Source: Halodesulfurarchaeum sp.
GTDB taxonomy: Archaea; Halobacteriota; Halobacteria; Halobacteriales; Halobacteriaceae
Direction of reading: 5' to 3'
DNA: 64,000 nucleotides
Assembly: GCA_034520565.1 (NCBI GenBank)
Contig: JAXHNL010000002.1
Span: forward strand, 800,001 to 864,000
In this document: positions 28,295 through 38,083 of the stretch, one piece after another
Layout of the letters: every line of letters starts with the position of its first letter
Numbering within the stretch: position 1 is the stretch's first letter
Program-made: the position numbers and the translations under genes
The notes under the pieces: model-generated
The model's database searches: none
Told to the model about the DNA's origin: nothing
Seen by the model: the letters and a program-made list of their open reading frames with translations, nothing else

Positions 28295-29446
28295 ATGGCC
28301 CGACACCCGTCCGATCCGCGGCCGAACTCGCCACCCGGCACGATTCTTTGGCTCACAGCGATCGTGCTGGTGGTGAGCGGCTTCATCGTTGCAATCGTGG
28401 TTGGATTCGGCCCGATGATGGCCCTCGCGCCGAGTCCGGTCGAAAACGGCGGGCAGTGGGCCCAGGTCGAATCGATTGATGTAGGCCCGGAAAACGGGAC
28501 TGCCACGACGGTGACAGTCACCTATCGAACCGGCGGCTCCAACACCTCCATCTCGGCGTCTGGCACCCACCGGTTCACCGTCGCGGGAGTCGATCCGGGG
28601 CTGGTCAACGCCCCGGGGGACTGGGCGTATCTGCCGAAATCGAGTCTCCCGCCACCCCTCGCCGCGGTCGACGGAAATCACTCGGCCGGGGTCGTGACCG
28701 TCGGGCCGTGGGCACTGATCGGCAACCTGTCGGGGACGACGAAAGCGGGTCGAACGGCACCGATAACGGTCGTGGCCCCGGCAGGGATGGACGTCGACCC
28801 CTCTCGGAAAGTCCACTTCCTCTCGACGTTCGTCTCGCCGTACGAACTGCAGCAGGTTCGGGGCGAACCGGCTACGATCCTCGTCGCCCCTGCTGCCCTC
28901 CCCTACGACGGCGTGACCTACGGCACGCGTGCGTACATCACCCAACACGCCTTCTGGGATGGCCATTCGGCGAGCGTCTGGATTCACGAGTACCTCCACA
29001 CCCAGCAAACCTTCGAGACGGGCCCCGAGATGGAGTGGTTCCGCGAGGCGAGTGCCACCTACCTCGCCGCCCGGATGCTGGAGGAGCAGTACTACGAGGT
29101 CGAACCGGAGGACGTGCGGGCCTGGATTCTCGCCCGGGACCGCAGTTCCGGGGTCAGCCTCGCGGACGGCTCCGCCTGGGGACACTCGAACGCGAACTAC
29201 TATCGCGGGGCCCGACTCCTCTATGCGGTCGATGCCGCGATTCGGGATGGAAGTGGTGGAGAACACACGCTCGTGGACGTCTTCCGGGAGATGAACGCTC
29301 ACAAGGGCCCGGTCACCATCGACGAGTTCGTCCACCTCGTCGAGTTCTATTCGGGGGCAGCCCAACCGTGGCTTCGGCCGGCGATCACCGAGTCAGGGGC
29401 GCTCGACGGGCGGGTCCCAGACTCCGAGGGCGTTTTTGGGGACTGA
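28295..29446 (+). CDS. Membrane-anchored gluzincin-type metallopeptidase-like protein
   Basis: N-terminal TM segment, WIHEYLH (HExxH), downstream WFREASATY and YYRGA as in M1/M61-like peptidases. Confidence 0.6.
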   Translation: MARHPSDPRPNSPPGTILWLTAIVLVVSGFIVAIVVGFGPMMALAPSPVENGGQWAQVESIDVGPENGTATTVTVTYRTGGSNTSISASGTHRFTVAGVDPGLVNAPGDWAYLPKSSLPPPLAAVDGNHSAGVVTVGPWALIGNLSGTTKAGRTAPITVVAPAGMDVDPSRKVHFLSTFVSPYELQQVRGEPATILVAPAALPYDGVTYGTRAYITQHAFWDGHSASVWIHEYLHTQQTFETGPEMEWFREASATYLAARMLEEQYYEVEPEDVRAWILARDRSSGVSLADGSAWGHSNANYYRGARLLYAVDAAIRDGSGGEHTLVDVFREMNAHKGPVTIDEFVHLVEFYSGAAQPWLRPAITESGALDGRVPDSEGVFGD

Positions 29447-29536
29447 GTGCTGTGGCGAGCGGTGTGGGAAGCGCACCCGTGGTGGACCGGGGTACTTCTG
29501 GGGCCGAATCACTGCCGGTTCGTGGCGACGCGGTGG

Positions 29537-29584
29537 ACTCTCGAGACGGTCACGGCCGCGTTCGGTGAAGAATACGTCCGCCAT
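29537..29584 (-). pseudogene. Probable 5' stub of a RelE/ParE-type toxin
   Basis: The ATG abuts the antitoxin stop. MADVFFTERGRDRLES resembles RelE N-termini (V.FT..A...L), after which the frame becomes Pro/Arg-rich and non-coding-like. Confidence 0.4.
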
Positions 29585-29803
29585 TTACAGGTCGTCAAGC
29601 GCAACGACGTCGCCGTCCTCGATCTGCTGGCGGGAAACTCGATCGTCTTCGAGCGTCCGATCGGCAAGTCGTGGCGGTTCGATCAGGTGCCTGAGGGCGT
29701 CGCGGACGAGTTCGCTTTGATTGAGATAATGGGGGTGGTCTTCGAGGAACTGATCGATGTCTGCCTGCATTTCGTCGGGAACCTTGACGTTGAGTGTGGC
29801 CAT
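29585..29803 (-). CDS. Ribbon-helix-helix (CopG-like) protein, probable antitoxin
   Basis: TLNVKVPDEM...IDQFL...NQSELVRDALR with an acidic tail. Confidence 0.75.
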   Translation of the reverse strand: MATLNVKVPDEMQADIDQFLEDHPHYLNQSELVRDALRHLIEPPRLADRTLEDDRVSRQQIEDGDVVALDDL

Positions 29804-29925
29804 TATGTTACTAGCGTATTGCTCTCTGTGGACGATAAACGTTTTGGCGAAGTTCGGAATTGCGTGACGGGTGCAGGATCCCCGTCACTTATTTGTTACT
29901 CGTGGGCGCTTCTTCGGTAACTTGG

Positions 29926-32900
29926 ATGAGTCAGGCAACCCTTCCCGAGAAACCCTACGTCAATTCCAACCTGTTCTCGAGCCACTTTCTCGACGAGCGG
30001 CTGACCGAGCGCGAGGAGTGGGACTGCGATGTGGACTGCGAGGCGGTGATGTCGGAGTTACAGTCGCTCTACGAACTCGAAGCCGACCTCGTGGCCGGGT
30101 ACGGCGAAGACTCGCTGGTCGACAACTGGATCGACGAGGTGCTCGGAACGCTCGGATTCGGCACCCAGAACGAAGTGACCCTCCCCGAGGGCGATGGGTA
30201 CGTCGACGAACTGCTGTTCGAAAGCGAAATGGACCGCCGGGACGCCGCGACCGTCTACTCACACACCAAGGACACCACAGAACTGTTCGAGGGCGGGATC
30301 GGGGTGCTCGAAGCCAAGCAGTGGGACGCCGATTTCACGACCCGATTTGCCGAACGGCGGCGCTATCGAAACGCCTCCCACCAGATCAAACACTACCTGG
30401 AGAAGACCCCCTCTGCCATCCAGTGGGGGATTCTGACGAACGGGCGCAAGTGGCGGCTCTACGGCACCAAGGATTACGAGACTCAGACCTACTACGAGGT
30501 CGACCTGCCGGAGCTGCTAGAACGTGGGGATCTCGAGGCGTTCAAGTACTTCTACGTGCTCTTCCGCCCCGCCGCGTTTCGCGAATCGGCCGGCACGACG
30601 TTCCTCGACGAAGTCTGGTCCGAGAGCGAAAGCGCCTCCCAGGAACTCGGGGAGAACCTCCAGGACAACGTCTTCACCGCGCTCCGTGTCCTCGGGCGAG
30701 GATTCGTGGAAACTAACGACGACCTCGACATCGACCCCGACGACGAGGCGGCCCTCGACGAGCTGAAAGAACAGTCCCTGGTCTTCCTCTACCGGTTGAT
30801 GTTCGTCCTCTACGCCGAAGCCAGAGGGCTCATCCACCCCGAGGATCAGGCGGCCAAGGACGATTACGAGGCGAACTTCAGCCTTGATGCCCTCCGCGTG
30901 CAGATTCACGACGAGATCGGCGAGGTCGATTCCGGATTCGAGGACGCGTTCAGCGCCTACTCGACGTCGATGTGGTCGCGGCTCGAGGACCTGTTCCGGC
31001 TCATCGACCAGGGCGAAGCGGATCTCGGGATTCCGCCGTACAACGGCGGCCTATTCGACCACGAGGCTCACGAGTTCCTGACCGAGCACGAGGTGAGCAA
31101 CCAGTACCTCGCGGAGGTCATCTACCGGCTCTCGACCACGCAGAACGACGAGGGCCGGTACGTGCTCGCGGACTACGCCGACCTCGATACCCGGCACCTC
31201 GGCAGCGTCTACGAGGGCCTGCTCGAACACCAGTTCCGCATCGCTCCGGAGGCGTACGCGGCGGTTGCGGAGGACGGCGGCCAGGTCTGGAAACCAGCGA
31301 CGGAGGTCAGTGTGGCCGATGCGGTCGAAACGGTCCCCGAAGGCGGGCTGTACGTCGTCAACGACGAGGGCGAGCGCAAGGCGACGGGCGCGTACTACAC
31401 CCCCGACTACGTGGTGACCTACATCGTCGAGGAGACCGTCGGCCCGCTGGTCGAGGAGATCCGGAAGGACTTGATCGACCAGGGTTTCGAGCCGGGGACC
31501 CAGGAGTACATCGGGCCGTTCCTCCGCCGGATCACCGACCTCCGGATTCTCGATCCCGCGATGGGGAGCGGGCACTTCCTGACGAAGGCGACGGGCTACC
31601 TCTCCGAGCAGGTGATGGCCGAGGTCCGCGAGGCCGAAGACGAGTTCGGCGTGGCGTTCGACGAACAGCACGTCCGGCGCGAAATCGCCAAGGAGTGTAT
31701 CTACGGCGTCGACCTGAACGGGATGGCCGTCGAGTTGGCGAAGCTGTCGATGTGGCTGGAGACGTTGGCCGCGGATCGGCCGCTGGCGTTTCTCGACCAC
31801 CACTTCAAGCAGGGGAACTCGCTGGTCGGGAGTGACATCGAGTCAATCGAGGAACTGGAGTCCGACGCGAACGGCGACGAGTCCCAAGCTTCGCTGGCCG
31901 AGTTCGGCGCGACTCGTGAGGGGACCATCGAGCGGCTGATGGACATCTACGGGGAGTTCCTCGCCATCGAGAACGAGACCGTCGAGGACGTGCGCGAGAT
32001 GAAGCGGAAGTACGCCGAAATCGAGCAGGACGAGCTTCGGCGCCGTCTAGTGTCTATGGCTAACGTTCACACCGCCGAAAGATTTGATATCGATGTACCG
32101 AGTGGAGCCTACGAACGAATGGCGAAGGCACTAGAGGATGATAACAGGTGGGGGGGGGGCGGTTGCTGAGACAGATTGGTTCAAAACGGCACAGTCGTTG
32201 GCTGAGCAATGGGATTTCTATCATTGGAAACTAGCATTTCCAGAAGTGTTCTATGAAAAAGGAGGCGAGTTGAAAGAAGGAGGCGGATTCGATGCGGTGA
32301 TCGGCAACCCGCCTTATGTGTCAAATTGGAAATTAACCGAGATGAATGAACATCTCCCGGACCACTTAGAAAATCTATATCCGGATGTTGCTGTAGGACA
32401 TTGGGATTTTTTTGTACCGTTCTGTTACAGAGCGGTTTCTCTTACTAGCCAAAGTGGATATCAATCGTTTATTACTCCGACCTCGCTTGCCACGGAAAAA
32501 TATGCAAGAGAACTTCGTGATTTCCTTATAAAAGAATGTCAGTTGGAGTCTTTAGTCAACTTCGGGGAACACCGCGTCTTCAACCACGTAGATAGACAAT
32601 ATGTGGTCTATATTGTTTCACCCACTTCACGTAACGAAGAATGTCAAATCGTTACCTATGATGGCGTTGATTTCCGTCCAGAGTACACCATCGATCCTCG
32701 CGAATTTCTTGAATATTCGAATTCAATGCTAAGAATCGACATATCCCAACGAGATATTAGTATTAAAAACAAAATTGAGAAACAAAGCATCCGAACTGGT
32801 CATCTATGTTGTGTTAATCCCGGAGTAGTTGCTCACAGTGCAAAGGACAGTCCTCTCGATTTCAATAAAGATGACGTAATCGTAGGAAATCCATCCTCAA

Positions 32901-34123
32901 ACGCTGTGAAGTACCTTTCTGGGAAAGATATTGACCGCCACCAGATTGTATGGGGTGGGAAATATATGGAGTATTATAAGCATCAAAAATATTTCCACCG
33001 TCCAAAATTCCCGGACCTTTTCGAATCACCGAAAATTATGTTCTCCGGCATAAGTAGTGAGAAAAACCGGATAAAGAGTGTTTACGACTCGGAAGGTTAC
33101 TTTACAAATCATAACATCAACCATGCTACCTTATGGAGAGAAAGCATCCAACAGCACCACTCCTCAGCAGATTATGAAATAGCAGACAATGTAGAGAAAT
33201 ATAACATGAAGTACATTTCTGCTATCGTGAACTCAACTTTGATGGCATACTATTTCTCTAACTTCTTAGCAACGGGAACTCTTCAAGGATCATATAGTAG
33301 TGTCTACCCAGAGAATATCCGACAACTCCCCATCAAGATCCTACCTGATAGTGTGAATCTTTCCGATTCCGGAACGGAAGGAAGAGCTCTTATGGAAAAA
33401 GGAGAAGAGATTGAAAAGTTAGAAACGCTCCCTAAAATCTTAAACCAAAAAGATACATCCATTGAAACTTTAGCGAACACATTAGTTTACTTATTGGTTT
33501 CAATTCGAGAGGCAAGTGATGAACGAGGCACACTCTCGTTGGATCTCAGAACGTATCTCAGCGGATATTCACAAGGATCAGTGCTTCCAGAGGTAGCATC
33601 GTATCAGCCCGGTGCCAATCCAGAAAGCATTCTACATTCAACTAAGCAAGATTATAAGAACCTTCGAATCGGCACAGTCACCTGCGAACGCGAAACCGAA
33701 TCCACGGTAGTTGTCCACGCTACAGCCCGCTACAAACCCGACGACGAAGACGCCCACAAAACCGACCAGTGGGGCTACACCGAAACCGAGCCGATCCCAG
33801 CGATGCGCCTCATGGACCTCTCCGAAACCGAGGCCGACCTCGTGGAGGCCTTCGTCCCGGTCGCCGTCGAGAAGGCCGGTGGCTTCGCCGGGTTCCGCGA
33901 GACGGCCACGAAAACGAACTCGCTGATCGACCGCCTGGAGGCGATCACGCTTCCCGATCCCGACGACGTGGCCGACGACCTCGATCGGTACAACGAGGCC
34001 GTCGAACGGGCAGCGGAACTCGATGAGAAGATCCAGCAGACCGACGATCTGATCGACGAGATTGTCTACGAACTCTACGGGTTGACCGAGGAGGAGATCG
34101 AGATCGTGGAGGAATCTGTTTGA
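29926..34123 (+). pseudogene. Type IIG (Eco57I-like) restriction-modification enzyme, frameshifted at a G10 tract
   Basis: ORF1 (29926-32169) has YVD...EAK nuclease, WGILTNG, GAYYTP and motif I DPAMGSGHF. ORF2 (to 34123) has HWKLAFPEVF, GFDAVIGNPPY and a TRD. G9 would fuse them into a 1398-aa protein. Confidence 0.88.
32150..32159 (+). repeat. G10 homopolymer at the R-M frameshift
   Basis: Read directly: aacaggt-GGGGGGGGGG-cggttgctgag. Confidence 0.95.
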
Positions 34124-34311
34124 GCGGTAGTCAATGAACGCATCCAATTCAAAGGAACGATAACTCTCCAATCTTATTGTAATCTTCTTCTTACTAAATT
34201 GTCAATTACCTCCTCGTATCGTTAGACGGTGAAGCAACCCTTCTGGACTGGCGAAATCATCAATAGAACTCCGTGGGAATTATTAACAATCAACTCCGTG
34301 AAGGAAATTAG

Positions 34312-36318
34312 ATGAAAGTCAACCGAGTTAGGGTTCAAAATTACAAGCCTATTATCGATAGCGGTTGGGTTGATGTAGAGGGTGGCATAACAACCCTTAT
34401 AGGCGGCAATGAAAGTGGAAAAACTTCGTTCTTAGAAGCGATTCGCTCATTTGGAGACGATGAACCATATTCTGGGTCAGAGATTTGCGATCAAATAGAT
34501 TCGAACAAATCGAAGGACGAACTACCAATTGTCACCATCGAGTTCCAGATGGAGATGGAGGATATTGAGACAATTCAGGAATCAGATAGCGATGTAACAA
34601 ACAAAGAGTTTAAAATAACCAAATTCGCAGATGGCTCAAAGATTAAACAAGATAGAGTGTTCATCGGGGAAGACTACAAATTTTCCAAAGTCATTGAGCC
34701 AACTTTAGCGAGTCTTAAGGATATGACCGATGACTTTGAGGATTTAGCCGAGAGAATGGGTGGTCAATATCGGCAACACTACTCGGAGGAGCTCCAACCA
34801 GTATTAGAGGAGATTGTAAAAAGTGAACATGAAGAAGATGATTTCTTAGATTTGTATAATGAACTTGAAACTGCTCTTAACAATATCCCCGAGGATAACA
34901 ATGAAATCAAAAATAAAAAAGAAGAATATCTACAAATTTGGGAAAATGAAGAAAAGCGCATTTTTGACAAGATTTCAGACTTTCCAAATCTCAACGAATA
35001 CCTGCCTAACATTGTTTACCACTCTGAATTTGACCTAATTTCTGATGAGGTAAATGAGTCATCCTTGGACTCGGAAGAATTCAAAACTTTTAGAAATTTC
35101 TTGGAGATAGTTGGAATTAATCCGGATGAATTCTCAGAGTTAAGTCCAATTGAGCGCAGGAGAGTTACTGATAGGGCTGAAGGGGAAATTGAGGGGGAAG
35201 TGAACAAAATCTGGGAACAGAAGGAGGTAGAGGTAGATTTGTACTATGAAAATGAAATATTCTACGCCCAGATCAAGGATGATCGGATCCGAGATGACCA
35301 AGCGGTGGATAGGGAATTACGACGACCTTCAGAACGTAGCAAAGGATTCCAATGGTTTTTCTCATTTTATATAAATCTCACCGCGCAGTCAGAGAAAAGT
35401 CAAGATAATTCCCTCATACTACTTGATGATCCTGCGGTATTTCTACATCCACAAGGCAAACGCAATTGGCTGGAGGCAATTGAAGATCTGTCGGATGGTA
35501 ACCAAATCATCTATTCAACTCATTCTCCTTTCTTGATTAGAAAAGATTACCCACGTAGGATTAGGTTAGTTTCGGACCAAGGTGATTTAGGCTCGAAGGT
35601 TATGAGTGAACTCCACAAGGGTGATTCAACCACACTAGAGCCTCTTAGGAATGCATTAGGAATCGGGCTAGGTGACTCACCATTTGTTTCGAAAAGAAAG
35701 ATACTCGTAGAGGGGATCTCAGATTATAATATCCTAATCGGGGTGGCGAATTACTTCAGAGACCATCTAGAGGAAGATATTCTTGACTGGTCTGAGGTCA
35801 CAGTTATGCCAACAAATGGTGCGGATCAAATGATACAAGCTGCAAAATGGGTTGCCTCCGAAGAATTCTCTTACGCCCTGTTATTGGATAATGACGAAAA
35901 AGGAAAACAAGTCCAAGATGACATATCGGAGCATCATCAGGATGTAGATGATGATCGGGTATTTTTACTTCATAAGGAAGAGGGACCACCATTCCATCTG
36001 GAAATAGAAGACATGTTCGCTCCCGAATTTCTCATAGATTGCGTCAACGAAGCATATTCGGAACAATTTGACGATTGGTCTCGGATTGACATTGAAGAGG
36101 ACGAGGATGAAACCTGGCTAATTGAGGGTGTGGAATATTCAGGTCGCAAAATCATGTCTAAACTGACCAAAATTTTCGACGAACGAGAACGAGGCGACCC
36201 TGATAAAGTTCTCATCGCAAATGAAATCCGAGACAGACTTACATCTGGCCACAATGATCTTGAGTCAGGAGCCGAATCATTCAAACACATTTTAGGAAAA
36301 ATACGAAATGTAACTTGA
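34312..36318 (+). CDS. OLD-family ATP-dependent nuclease (ABC-type ATPase + TOPRIM)
   Basis: GGNESGKTS, RSKGFQWF signature, LLDDPAVFLHP, YSTHSPF, and TOPRIM ILVEGISD and LLDND. AT-rich. Confidence 0.85.
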   Translation: MKVNRVRVQNYKPIIDSGWVDVEGGITTLIGGNESGKTSFLEAIRSFGDDEPYSGSEICDQIDSNKSKDELPIVTIEFQMEMEDIETIQESDSDVTNKEFKITKFADGSKIKQDRVFIGEDYKFSKVIEPTLASLKDMTDDFEDLAERMGGQYRQHYSEELQPVLEEIVKSEHEEDDFLDLYNELETALNNIPEDNNEIKNKKEEYLQIWENEEKRIFDKISDFPNLNEYLPNIVYHSEFDLISDEVNESSLDSEEFKTFRNFLEIVGINPDEFSELSPIERRRVTDRAEGEIEGEVNKIWEQKEVEVDLYYENEIFYAQIKDDRIRDDQAVDRELRRPSERSKGFQWFFSFYINLTAQSEKSQDNSLILLDDPAVFLHPQGKRNWLEAIEDLSDGNQIIYSTHSPFLIRKDYPRRIRLVSDQGDLGSKVMSELHKGDSTTLEPLRNALGIGLGDSPFVSKRKILVEGISDYNILIGVANYFRDHLEEDILDWSEVTVMPTNGADQMIQAAKWVASEEFSYALLLDNDEKGKQVQDDISEHHQDVDDDRVFLLHKEEGPPFHLEIEDMFAPEFLIDCVNEAYSEQFDDWSRIDIEEDEDETWLIEGVEYSGRKIMSKLTKIFDERERGDPDKVLIANEIRDRLTSGHNDLESGAESFKHILGKIRNVT

Positions 36319-36349
36319 AATTAGTGATTTAAAGTTTACAATACTGATG

Positions 36350-36789
36350 TGGGTCGCAGAAGCCAATCTTGAACCGGAAGGTGGTCTATGTCCAGATTAT
36401 GTTGCGTACGATGAGACGGTCGTCAAAGTCAAAGACGAGCGGTTCAGACTCGTGGCGGCGGACGAGTCTAATGCAAACAACATCCTGTGTTTTGGCCTAT
36501 TTTGTTGAGTAATACAACAATGACGAAGATGTTTTTGTGCAATCTCAAAGGAAAACACGCTTGCAAGGATGCCGAATATTTATCGATGGTGCGACGTGGT
36601 TGAATGCTGGGTAATTTGAACTTGGTATGTGCTTTCGAAACGAAACGGTGGAAACCTTGGTAAACGCATATTTCAATTGATAAACCAACGAACTAATTAT
36701 TTTGTAATATATTTTCGCGGACAAGTCTAAACGGTCGAGAACAGGGGTAAGGTGCAAAACTGCTCGGAATTAGTTTATCTGAACACACC
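36350..36789 (+). mobile_element. Degenerate IS6-family transposase remnant with right end
   Basis: Translates with stops and frameshifts as W..ANLEPEGG..PDYVAYDETVVKVKDERFRLVAA...TKMFL...DGATWL...FELGM.FR.ET, and ends in TTATCTGAACACACC, resembling haloarchaeal IS6 termini. Confidence 0.75.
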
Positions 36790-36858
36790 TGCTGAATTTG
36801 GTGGCAGAAATTGATTAGAGATGAGAGTTCATCAACGCAAAATATCTAGTATCACCAT

Positions 36859-37530
36859 CTATTTTTCTGACTCTTTATTTTCATTGAAATATTCCTCAAG
36901 GTTTTCGGAATCAAAACTAAGATAAACCGAATCTGGACGGAATTGGCCAACTAACCCCAATAGTGTCGAGGGCACGAATGTTAGTAGGAGAAGGCCTAGA
37001 AGGGGCCAAAGCCCATGTAGATATGCAACTGATCCTGAAGTCACGGAATCAACTACACTCAATCCAAAGAAAATCACTGCTATTACTGCGGAAGCTGCTG
37101 AAATAGTCAACAGCCAAAAACATTCCCCACTCGTTTGTTTCGATCTATTACTGGTGGCTCCTATGTATTCTCGGAACTCCTTATCATTAATTTCACCGCT
37201 GAGGTAGTTCTCGAAAACTGTTAACTCGGGATTTAATGATGCCCGAGACCTGACGAACGCGCTTGTTGCCGCCCCCGCAGAGAACAGCCAAAAGACTCCT
37301 CCTCCAAACGCATAGAGATTCACGAAGAATAGTTCAAACTGATTGAGCCCTTGAAGTTGGAACAGAACCGGAGCGGCCACTAAGATACTGGCAATAAGTA
37401 GGTTAATTTGTAACATTTTCAGGGCATGATTCGCTTGTTCTGTTTTACGACTCTGTATGTGATCAAGATAGAGACGAGCCCCATCTCCTATTTCGGGCAA
37501 AATTTTGCTTTCGGATGGATCATCTCCCAT
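36859..37530 (-). CDS. Hypothetical multi-pass membrane protein (AT-rich)
   Basis: About 4 hydrophobic segments and no recognised motif. The start could extend to the GTG at 37551. Confidence 0.6.
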   Translation of the reverse strand: MGDDPSESKILPEIGDGARLYLDHIQSRKTEQANHALKMLQINLLIASILVAAPVLFQLQGLNQFELFFVNLYAFGGGVFWLFSAGAATSAFVRSRASLNPELTVFENYLSGEINDKEFREYIGATSNRSKQTSGECFWLLTISAASAVIAVIFFGLSVVDSVTSGSVAYLHGLWPLLGLLLLTFVPSTLLGLVGQFRPDSVYLSFDSENLEEYFNENKESEK

Positions 37531-37674
37531 ACTTAATTCCCATTTAGGCACCCCGATTATTCTTTGGGAACCATTGACTGAACTTCATTTATTTCCATTT
37601 CTCGTTTCACCATACCATCTCCGTGTGGGTGCGAGAATTGCATACCGCGACGAGCGGCGCGGGTCGCGGTTTCA

Positions 37675-37900
37675 CCGGACGAGCGAAGCGAGTCCGGCCT
37701 TTTTCCCCAAGTTTTGTGAGGAATGGTTCGCCGGAGGCGAATCCGACGAACAAAAAGTGGGATGCCACCTCCCGGATTTGAACCGAAGGAAGACATGCTC
37801 ACTCGCTTCGCTCGTTGCGCGTGCCTTCCAGGGCTCAAATCCGGTCGGGACACGTTCTGGATTCGAACGCTCCTCGCTACGCTCGTCGGTTCGAATCACA
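37675..37900. repeat. Cluster of palindromic repeats including a 23-bp copy of the tRNA-Phe 3' end
   Basis: TGCCACCTCCCGGATTTGAACCG occurs at 37763 and 37905. Inverted repeats at 37675-80/37692-97, 37772-81/37835-44 and 37860-68/37889-97 each enclose CTCGCT(T/A)CGCTCG or its reverse complement. Confidence 0.85.
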
Positions 37901-37904
37901 GAAG

Positions 37905-37978
37905 TGCCACCTCCCGGATTTGAACCGGGGACAGCTCGATCTTCAGTCGAGTGCTCTCCCAGTCTGAGCTAAGGCGGC
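37905..37978 (-). tRNA. tRNA-Phe (GAA)
   Basis: The reverse complement GCCGCCTTAGCTCAGACTGGGAGAGCACTCGACTGAAGATCGAGCTGTCCCCGGTTCAAATCCGGGAGGTGGCA folds as a cloverleaf with anticodon GAA. Confidence 0.97.
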
Positions 37979-38083
37979 GCATCCAAAAACTGGCTGACCA
38001 CGGCCAAAAGGATTTCGAATCGGTGGATGAACTCGGCGATTCCAACCAGCCGACTCAAGGCAAGCGAGCCCAAAGAACCCGCC

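Noticed and set aside
34312-36318. Gabija or retron system
   Set aside because: No adjacent UvrD-like helicase or reverse transcriptase.
37675-37900. Repeats as a CRISPR array or a second tRNA
   Set aside because: There is no regular repeat-spacer period and no cas genes, and the 23-bp copy lacks D and anticodon arms.
29447-37978. Intact provirus or integrative element at tRNA-Phe
   Set aside because: No integrase, replication or virion genes, and no distal att copy were found. The only repeat is 142 bp from the tRNA.
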